NCBI GenBank assembly: GCA_000151265.1
Contig: GG663744.1
Span: forward strand, 195,520 to 227,519
Origin: Micromonas pusilla
Taxonomy: Eukaryota
Reading direction: 5' to 3'
DNA: 32,000 nt
The first letter of the stretch is position 1; the number at the start of each line of letters is the position of its first letter. A program made the translations under genes and the position numbers. Below are positions 1-7,266 of this stretch, in pieces. The notes under the pieces were generated by a model. It had not been told where the DNA came from and did not search any database. It saw only the letters and a program-made list of their open reading frames with translations.

Positions 1-1307
1 CCGCGATGTAATCTTTGCAGATTTGCACCTCTTCGCGTTCTTCGCTGAGGAGCGCCTTGACGACGTCCCCGATCGTGACCATGCCCTCCATGCGCGCGTC
101 GTGCTCGCCGTCCGTGGACAGGCACGGGATGTGCCTGGAGACAGGATCGCGTAGGGGTTCGAAAAAGAAACGCACGCGTCAGAACGGTTACTACGTACGT
201 CGGGGCCAGAAAAAAAACAAAAAAAAAACAAAAAAAAAACCAAAACCCGTCGACGCCGACGACGCACCGTATGCGCTGCTCGGTCATGATCTCCATCGCC
301 GCGAGCACGGACGTGTCCGGGGTCACGCTCACGAGCGCGTTCGGCTCCTCGTCGAAGTCAGTCATCACCTCCCGGACGGTCGTGTCCTCCTTCACGCGCC
401 CTCTGGCCACCGCTCGAAGGTAGTCGCGCTCGGTCACGATGCCCTTGAGCGCGCCAACGCGCGGCGCCGCGCGCAGTTCGCTCTCGGTGATGACCTCGTT
501 CCCGTCCGCATCGAGCGCGCTGTTGTCCATCACGAGCAGCGCGCCGACGTCCGCGTCCGTCATCTGTCGCACGGCCTTTAGAATCCCGTCGTTCACGTCG
601 CAGAAGTGCGTCGCGCCCCAGAAGGAGAGCTTGTTGTGCTTGGCTTCGAGGATGTCTCGCATCACCGTGTGCGTGAAGACGCAGAAATCGTCGGCGATGT
701 TCGGGTTGTCGATGTCGTCCGCGGTCGCCTGTTTGTCTTTGGCGCGAGCGTTCGGGTCGAAGGGCGAGTGAAGCACGGCGTGGTCAGAGACCACGCCGCG
801 CTTCCCCGCCTTCTCTGCCGCCTTGAGCGCGCTGACGCGCAGCGCCGCCGCGGCCGCGACCTCGTGGCACATGCACTTGATCTTGTCCGGGGACGCCGCG
901 CGCTTCGCCTCCGCGCCGTGGAACTCGAAGTGGTACCTCGGCGCGTCCGCGTTGTCCGCGTTCGCGGGCGGCGGCGGCGGCGGCCTCTTCGCGGCGTCCT
1001 CCGCGCCGAGCGCGACGGCGGAGGAGGACGACTTCGAGCTGAACGCGTCGTGCGCGCCGTCGAGCGCGGACCACGGCGCGCTCGGGAGCTCGACGAGCCT
1101 CGGCGGCCACACGGCGCGGTCGAACGCGGTCGACGCCCACCAGCTCGTCGCCGCGCGCGACGGCGACGCGGCGAACGCGCGCGATGGCGACGGAGCGCGG
1201 GGAAAACCCCAACCCCGGGCGGGGAAAACCCCGCACTGGGGGGGTTTCCCCGCGAGGAGAGAAACGACGCGAGCGACGCGAGCTTCGGAGACGACGCGGG
1301 CGAGCAT
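1..1307 (-). CDS. CBS-domain pair protein (CBSX3-like). The 3' end runs off the left window edge. Exons are 268..1307 and 1..134.
   Basis: This gene is absent from the ORF track because the frame has no stop inside the window. My minus-strand translation from the ATG at 1307..1305 gives ...VMRDILEAKHNKLSFWGATHFCDVNDGILKAVRQMTDADVGALLVMD...LKGIVTERDYLRAV...VMTDFDEEPNALVSVTPDTSVLAAMEIMTEQRIR | HIPCLSTDGEHDARMEGMVTIGDVVKALLSEEREVQICKDYIA. This is the CBS1/CBS2 pattern, ending like plant CBSX3 (RHIPV...GMVSIGDVV...YI). The two exons join in phase 2 across a GTGCGT...CTCCAG intron. The choice of start codon is uncertain. Confidence 0.62.
   Translation of the reverse strand, partial: MLARVVSEARVARVVSLLAGKPPQCGVFPARGWGFPRAPSPSRAFAASPSRAATSWWASTAFDRAVWPPRLVELPSAPWSALDGAHDAFSSKSSSSAVALGAEDAAKRPPPPPPANADNADAPRYHFEFHGAEAKRAASPDKIKCMCHEVAAAAALRVSALKAAEKAGKRGVVSDHAVLHSPFDPNARAKDKQATADDIDNPNIADDFCVFTHTVMRDILEAKHNKLSFWGATHFCDVNDGILKAVRQMTDADVGALLVMDNSALDADGNEVITESELRAAPRVGALKGIVTERDYLRAVARGRVKEDTTVREVMTDFDEEPNALVSVTPDTSVLAAMEIMTEQRIRCVVGVDGFWFFFCFFFVFFLAPTYVVTVLTRAFLFRTPTRSCLQAHPVPVHGRRARRAHGGHGHDRGRRQGAPQRRTRRGANLQRLHR
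135..267 (-). other. Spliceosomal intron (133 nt) of the CBS gene, unrelated to the repeat family
   Basis: The minus-strand donor is ATACG|GTGCGTCG and the acceptor is CCTGTCTCCAG|GCAC. The frame is restored (cg+g = Arg) and the conserved RHIP motif is rebuilt. The interior is T-rich on the sense strand. Confidence 0.7.
208..245. repeat. A-rich homopolymer-like tract, (A)7-10 interrupted by C; this is poly-T on the gene strand
   Basis: Read directly: agaaaaaaaacaaaaaaaaaacaaaaaaaaaaccaaaac, inside the CBS intron. Confidence 0.9.
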
Positions 1308-1595
1308 GCGCGGCGACGGCGCGGCGGCGGCGGGGGCGGAGGCGCGAGAGGTCGGGGCTTCGCGCGGGCGGTTAGAGGACTCTGGAGCGCGTGCGCGTGG
1401 TCTGCGCGCGCGCGGGCGGGCCGGGGTCGTAACGGCACATGAAGACGCTGAGTCAGCATGACGCGTGTGCCACGACGGCCACGCGGCGTCGTCGCGTCCG
1501 AGGAACGTCGCGGGAACGCCGCGCGAACCGGTCGTCCCTTTCTTATTAATATTAAAAAATCGCTCCTCCTCTCGTCCTCCGCCCCGCCGCCGTGG

Positions 1596-4500
1596 TCACA
1601 AGCTCTGCACGTCGCGCCGCAGCTCGTCCAGCGCCTCCGACAGCCGATCCCTGGTCGCCTGCGACGCTTTCACGGCGTCCTCCGCGGCGACCGCGGCGTT
1701 CGCCCACGGCGTCGTCATCGCGCGCACGCGTCGCGTCGCGGCGCCGATCTCCCTCTGAGGTGCGTTCCATACAAAGCGATGTCGGGGTGGAGTTGAAAGG
1801 CGTCAGTTGGAGTTGAAAGGCGTCGAGGTCGGGGAATGAAAGCGAGGGGTGGGCGGAGAGATGCGCCGGGAAAAGTCCTTAAGGATCGGCGTTCACCACG
1901 CCAACGCGGTCGTATGGGAACCAGTGCACAGAACGCGCCTGAAACTCAGCCTCCATCGCGGCTTCCACGTCGGCCAGGAGCGCGTCGGCGGCGTCTCTCA
2001 CCTTCGCCTTCGCCTCCGCGCGCTTCAGCGGGAGAGATAACACGCTGACGTACCCCACCGCGGCGGTGAGCGCGAACGCGAGGACGTCCTCCGCGAGGTT
2101 GTCTAGGAACCCGGAGAGGAAGACGGCGACGACGAACGCGCCGCCGGCGGCGCCGACGGTTGAGTAGACGGCGTCTTTGACTTCGTTTTCGAGCGCGGCG
2201 GCGGCGGCGTCGTGGTCGAACCCCGCCGCGATCGCGAGCGTCGGCGTCCCGGGCTCGGCGGGGGTGAAGATCTTGCCGGAGGTGGCTCTCTTCTTCGTCG
2301 GGTCCTCGCCGGCTAACGCGTCGGCGACGACCGTTTTGGTGGTCTCCGCGGTCGCGTCCTTCGCGTCGTCGTCGTCGTCGTCGTCGTCGTCCTTATTCTC
2401 CGCCACACCTTTCACCACGTCACCCACCACGTCACCAATCCCATCGTCCGCCACGTCGTCCACGAACTCCGGGACGTCGAACCCGCGCGCGCGCACGGCC
2501 TCGTCGTACGCGCTCACCTGCCGCTCGTTGTTCCTTCGAAGCCACCCCGTGTGCTCTCTCAGCGCCGCCCGCAGATCCTCCTCCGCCCCCGCCAGCACCT
2601 GCGACTCGTACCGCTCGCGGATCTTCCCTCCGCCGCCGTCGCCCAAGACGTACGTCGCGAACAAATCCGACGCGTTCGTCAAGCGAAGCGTCTGGTCCAG
2701 GAGCTCGTCGCACCGCGCGGTCGCCTTCGAGACGCTGTCTCGCACCGCCTGCTTTTGCGACGAAAAGTCGCTCGCCATCGCCTCGACGTAAGCCGCCATG
2801 GCGTCGGCGACGCCCGTCGCGGCGGCCACCTCCGCGGCCGCGTCCGCTCTCTCCTCCGCGAGGACGTCCTCCGCGGCGGTGAACAGCATCGTTCCGACCT
2901 GGATCGGCGTCCCGAGCTTCAGGCGGAGGCCCTCGCCGGACGCGGTGGCGGCGTTCCCGTTCCCGCCGCCACCGCCGCCGCCGCCGCCGAGGAAGGACAG
3001 GACGTACTCTTCGAGCGCGTCGAACCCGCTCGGGGTCAAGCTCGCGCTCTCTTGCTTCGCCTTGAGCGCTCTCCTCGCGCTGACGGGCAACACCGTCGGA
3101 TCGGTCACGCCGAGAAGGCGCTTCGCGTTGTCCTCCACGAAGCCTTTCACCTCGGTCACGTCGTTCTCGCTGATCGTGTCGCACTTGTTCACGACGAAGA
3201 CCACCTTTTTGTCCCACTTGCGAATGTACTTTAAAAATGTCACCTCCGACTCCGTCATCGGCCGGTCCGCGGAGAGCACGAAGAGCACAAGGTCCGCGCG
3301 CGGCACGAACTCCTCCGTGAGTCTCTGCTGCCGCTCCAAGATGACGTTCGTCCCGGGCGTGTCCACGATGTTCACCTCCTTGAGAAGCTCCGCGGGGACG
3401 AGCTGCGTGTAGAACCCATCCTTGCTCTGCTCCGTGGCCGCCTTGTCGCCGTACCGCAACACCGTGATCTCGTTCGTCGTCGGGAGGATCCCCTCGCGCA
3501 GGTGCTTCTTTCCCAGTACGGCGTTGATAACGCTCGACTTACCGGCGTTAAATTCGCCGACGATGACGAGCAGGAACAGCTCCTCGAGCCCTCGGCGCGC
3601 TTCCACGAGCAGATTAATTTCCTCCAGAGCGCTCACCGACTCGGTCAGAAAGACGACGGCGTCGTCGAGGAGGCGCCGCTCGCGCTCGAGCAGCGCCTGC
3701 GCCTTCGCGTCGATCAACTTCCCGGCTAACCCGCCGCTCGAGGCCCTCGAGGTCGAACCCACGCCGGCTTCGTCGTCCCCGGTTTTTGCCGCGTTCGCCG
3801 CCGCCTTCGCGGCGAGCACCGCGGCGGTGGCGTCGGCGACTTGGTTCCCCGCCGCGTCCCCCGCCGCGGCGAGCGCCTTCTTCAACCCTTCCAGCGCGGT
3901 CGGGACCCCTTCCGCGGCGTCCGCGCTCGGCGGCGGCGTCTCCATCGCGACCCCCAGCGCGCCCGCCTCCGCGAGCGGCTTCACCCCCGCCCAGCCGACG
4001 ACGCCGCTCCACCCGTCGCGCGGCGGCGCGAACGTCGGGACTGAGATCTTCCCCGCGACGGCGGCGACGACGTCTTCGCTCGGCGCGACGATCAGGTCCG
4101 CGCCCTCTTTCGCGGCGACCAACGCCCCGCTCGCGTCGGTCACCTTACACGCGACGATCGCGGACGACGCCGCGAGGGACTTGCGCGCGACGACGACCGG
4201 GACGCCGTCGTCGCTGAGGAGGACGCCGTCCGCCTCCGCTGAGGGTCGTTCCATACAAGCGATTGTCGGGGTGGAGTTCAAAGGCGTCAGGTGGAGTTGA
4301 AAGGCGTCGAGGACGGGGATTGAAAGCGAGGGGTGGGCGGAGAGAGACGCCGGGCAAAGTCCTTAAGGATCGGCGTTCACCACGCCGACGCGGTCGTATG
4401 GGGACCAGTGTATAGAACGCACCTGACGCGGCGATGTCCGTGCGATCGGCGACGAGCATCGCCGCGCGTCCGCGCAGCGCCTCCTTGAGCGCGAGCGCGG

Positions 4501-5017
4501 CGTTGAAGAGGTCGCGCGTGGAGCTCACGCCGTTGGCGTCGGAGAGGACGACCGCGGTCGCGCCCGCGGCGACCGCGGCCTCGATCGCGGGCATCGTCTT
4601 CGAGACCTCGCCGTCCGCGTCGACGACGTCGGACGGCGCGACGGTGAAGGCGAACCCGGGGATGCGAACCTCGACGCGCTTCTTCGCGGCGAAGACGCCG
4701 CCGGCGTCGTCCTTCCTGTCCTTGTCCTTGTCCTTCCCGCCGCCGCCGCCGCCGAAGAGCTTGCCGATCGCGCTCGGGGGCGTCGTCGTCGACGCGCGGC
4801 GGCGACCGCGCGGAGGGATGGGGACGACGCGCGCGGCGAGGACCGAAGCGCGCGATCCGTGATGACGGCCCGCGATCGCGACGCGAGCGGAGACGACGGC
4901 CGCCGACGCGGCCGCGGCCGACGTCGGCGTCGCGCGCCGCGCGCGCGAGGCGCGGACGCGCGACGCGGACGGCGCGAGGGCGACGCCGCCCGCGCGCGTG
5001 GCGCTCGTGCCGTGCAT
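1596..5017 (-). CDS. FZL: FZO-like (FZL) chloroplast dynamin-family GTPase. Exons are 4423..5017, 1939..4238 and 1596..1754 (1017 aa).
   Basis: ORFs 4145..5017(-) and 1879..4281(-) join across a repeat-intron in phase 1 (...DRTDIAAS|AEADGVLLSDD...). The GTPase core reads GEFNAGKSSVINAVLGKKHLREGILPTTNEITVLRYGD ... VNIVDTPGTNVILERQQRLTEEFVPRADLVLFVLSADRPMTESEVTFLKYIRKWDKKVVFVVNKCD. This closely matches the G1-G4 region I remember for Arabidopsis FZL. Two hydrophobic segments lie near the C-terminus. The last exon (REIGAATRRV...LDELRRDVQSL*) follows from a phase-0 junction after ...MEAEFQ. Exon lengths 595+2300+159 sum to 3054, a multiple of 3. Confidence 0.88.
1755..1938 (-). mobile_element. 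Introner-like repeat, copy A (184 nt); equals FZL intron 2
   Basis: The sense (minus) strand reads TTTCAG|GCGCGTTCTGTGCACTGGTTCCCATACGACC...GTATGGAACGCACCTCAG|AGG. It aligns along its full length with 4239..4422 (same length, roughly nine-tenths identical by eye), and also with 8500..8694, 11276..11456 and 14671..14878. Confidence 0.9.
4239..4422 (-). mobile_element. Introner-like repeat, copy B (184 nt); equals FZL intron 1
   Basis: The sense strand reads CGTCAG|GTGCGTTCTATACACTGGTCCCCATACGACCGCGTCGGCGTGGTGAACGCCGATCCTTAAGGAC...CTTGTATGGAACGACCCTCAG|CGG. It has a GT-AG boundary. Removing it fuses two ORFs in phase 1 within a conserved domain. Confidence 0.92.
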
Positions 5018-5351
5018 CGCTCGTGGACGCGGACCGGCGGACGCCGCGCGCGCTGTGGATATCTGACATGATGCCGCCGACCCTGCTGTGGCTGGACAAG
5101 TGGCGTGCCTAATTTTTTCATTCGCCCTGGTTGGCTTTCACCGGTTCAGGGCGATTCAATATCGGTCAGTTGAAAGGCGACGCGATCAAATATTGAAACC
5201 GAGCGGTGGGAGATTTCGGCGGGAATCGAGCTCGGGATTTCCTGGACGAGACCTGAAGTTTTTGACGTCGCCGCCGCCGCGTCCAAACTGCTCCGTTCGA
5301 CCCGAAACTTCGTGGAGAGCTGCGTCACGTCGTGTAGACCATCGTGGGGGC

Positions 5352-5355
5352 AAAA
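5352..5355 (-). terminator. Pol III T-run downstream of tRNA-Trp
   Basis: The minus strand reads ...CGGGATCA atcttcTTTTg immediately 3' of the tRNA. Confidence 0.5.
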
Positions 5356-5361
5356 GAAGAT

Positions 5362-5434
5362 TGATCCCGGCCTGACTCGAACAGACAACCTTCAGATCTG
5401 GAGTCTGACGCACTACCAATTGTGCTACGGAACC
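5362..5434 (-). tRNA. tRNA-Trp(CCA): tRNA-Trp (anticodon CCA), 73 nt
   Basis: The minus strand folds by hand as a cloverleaf: GGTTCCG TA GCAC AATTGGTA GTGC G TCAGA CTCCAGA TCTGA AGGTT GTCTG TTCGAGT CAGGC CGGGATC A. The acceptor stem is 7 bp (two G-U pairs), the anticodon stem is a perfect 5 bp, the loop is CU-CCA-GA, and a B-box-like GTTCGAGTC is present. A TTTT run lies just downstream on the same strand (5352..5355). It resembles the canonical eukaryotic tRNA-Trp. Confidence 0.9.
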
Positions 5435-6287
5435 GTAGGATCCCTCGAGCGTACGAGGGAGACTACCAGTGAGATTGGATCAGTGTCCGTTTACCGGAAT
5501 TTTAGAAATATATACCCTCGTTTCGATACCCATGCTTGAAATCTCCGCGTTAAAACGACGGTCTATTAACTCGACAACCCCAGGGACTGGCCGAGAACGC
5601 CTTGCCACGCAAGCGAGATTGCGTCCCATTGGCTGAGCGCTTTCGCTTTTTTTGGATTTTCCCAGAGGAGGGCACCGTCGTATGGACAAACAGTCAGAGG
5701 CGTACATCGTATCCGCTACTCCCGAAACCGCACCACCGCCGCGCATATAGCGGCGGTCCGCGGCGCGTCGCATCTAACTTCCGCACACACCCCAGTTCAC
5801 CCCCCCAAGCCGCGCGCAGTTCTTCGGAACTCACGCACCCGGTACGTCCGCGCGCGCGCCAGATCTTCGCCGCGCGCGTCTCGCGCCGTCGCCGTCGCGC
5901 GCTCTGCGGGGTTCGCGCCGAGCGGGCCCGATTCGTTTTTCAGCGCTTCTTCTCCCGCTTCCCCAAGAGACGCGCGCCGGAAGACGCGTCGACGCGCGGG
6001 GTCGATCCTCGACGCGCCGCGCGCAGAGCGGTGGGAACGTCGACGACGTCCGCGACGCGTCGTTCCCTCCGTCGCGGCGCGGCGGCGCGGCCGCGTCGCC
6101 GCTCGCGCGCGCGTCTCCGGCCGCGAACCCAACTCGGGGAAATGCGCCGCGCGTCGCTCGCGTCCAGCAGCGAGCGCGCCGCGCGAAGAAAAATCTCGCT
6201 CCGGAGAAACCAACACTGACCCCTCCTCCTCCACCTCCCTCCCTCCCTCTCGTCGCAGCACACTAAACCGACTCAAGAAACAGCACG

Positions 6288-6503
6288 ATGCCTTCCACGC
6301 AGCAAGTCTACACCGCTCTCTCCATCATCTCCCTCGGGTCCCTCATCGGCATGGGCGTCGCCGTCGGCAGCGGCGTCTCGATGATGTCCTTCGCGATGCT
6401 CGAGGAGGAGCAGAAGAACAAAGTCGCCGCCGCGTCCGTGGCGGAGAAGTCTTTCCGGCCCGTCGCGTCCGCGCGCGGGTTCGCCGCGTCGTCGTCCAAC
6501 TAA
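6288..6503 (+). CDS. Hypothetical small membrane protein (71 aa)
   Basis: The ORF starts with ATG and has coding-like G/C-ending codons. It has one clear hydrophobic segment (VYTALSIISLGSLIGMGVAVGSGVSMMSFAM) followed by a charged tail. I recognise no family. Confidence 0.35.
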   Translation: MPSTQQVYTALSIISLGSLIGMGVAVGSGVSMMSFAMLEEEQKNKVAAASVAEKSFRPVASARGFAASSSN

Positions 6504-7266
6504 ATCGAAATCATCACGTCGTGAACACACGGCGCGGCGCGTGCCCTGGTCGCTCCTGCACGCCGACCCGCGCGGGTCGTCATCTTCATGGATCACGCGC
6601 GCGGGAGGGGTGCGAGACGAACGGCCGGCGGTCGCGACGCGTCGTCGGTTCACGACGTTTGATTTTTTGGGTTTCGGCGACTGGCGACGAATGACGACTA
6701 TCTATAACTGTACAAAGACTTTAACGACGACAACGGCTGGCTGCGACGTGGAAGACGAGAAGAGCACACGATTTGGGGTGGGAAATACCACTTAACCGCG
6801 CGCGCGCTGTACGCGATATGCGCGCCGGCCCCTCATTCGCTTCTCGCGCACGGCTTCCTCATCGCTGAGAAAAAACAAAACCGCGAAGATCTCACTTGAA
6901 TTGAACACTCATCAGGGATTATACGGGCTCGACGATTGATTCATCGTCGGCGGCCGTTTCCTCGTGTAATTTATCACACAACCTGTATCGAGGAACGGCG
7001 GCGCCTTGGGGTTATTACGTACCCGGCGCGCGAGCCCATCCTTCATCGATCCTCAGAGTGCTGTACGCATACACTTCCGCGACGAGTTTGGTTTCTCAAT
7101 AAAAATTCATTCTTTGATGACTGTTCGACGTACAACCTACACGACCACGCGCACGTCTTCCTCGTCTCCCTCTCGCGTCTTCTCCTCCTCGTCGCCGCCG
7201 TCGTCGCATCTTACCCCCACCCGCACCCCATCATCACCGATCGCGTCCTCCCTCCGTCAGATCAGA

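Noticed and set aside
1195-1254. GGGGAAAACCCC direct repeats plus an inverted partner GGGGGTTTCCCCGCG (potential hairpin)
   Set aside because: The structure is imperfect, short, and lies inside the predicted N-terminal coding or leader region of the CBS gene. Nothing ties it to a function.
606-1461. Four overlapping long ORFs on both strands (606..1442+, 662..1459-, 784..1236-, 823..1461+)
   Set aside because: Their translations are dominated by Arg/Ala/Gly/Pro runs, which is typical of stop-poor frames in GC-rich DNA. A different minus-strand frame encodes a recognisable CBS-domain protein.
2177-4300. Plus-strand ORFs opposite FZL (2177..2791, 2551..3234, 2798..3412, 3422..4300) and minus-strand off-frame ORFs
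   Set aside because: They are Ser/Ala/Arg-rich shadow frames. The minus-strand FZL frame carries unmistakable dynamin-family GTPase motifs.
5162-5185. tcagttgaaaggcgacgcgatc, which resembles the internal GTTGAAAGGCGTCG motif of the repeat family; possible solo fragment upstream of FZL
   Set aside because: Only about 13-15 nt match and there is no flanking similarity. This is too short to distinguish from chance without a profile search.
5570-5640. tRNA-like string (gggactggccgagaacgccttgccacgcaagcg...) reminiscent of Ser/Leu tRNA D-arms
   Set aside because: I could not fold it into a cloverleaf. It has no 7-nt anticodon loop, no T-arm or B-box, and no acceptor pairing.
5602-6276. GC-rich block with ORFs 5602..6219+, 5797..6276- and 5940..6263-
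   Set aside because: No frame gives protein-like sequence; all are Arg/Ala-rich. This is most simply promoter or 5' leader of the small downstream ORF, or other non-coding DNA. I could not identify an RNA gene in it.
6928-6950. 7-bp perfect hairpin cgacgat-tgattc-atcgtcg between the convergent 3' ends of the small ORF and POLA2
   Set aside because: It is short and unremarkable for AT-richer 3' UTR sequence. There is no evidence that it acts as a terminator in a eukaryotic Pol II context.
7105-7130. TGATGA (C-box-like) motif in the POLA2 3' region as a possible C/D snoRNA
   Set aside because: I found no matching D box (CTGA) or terminal stem at an appropriate distance.
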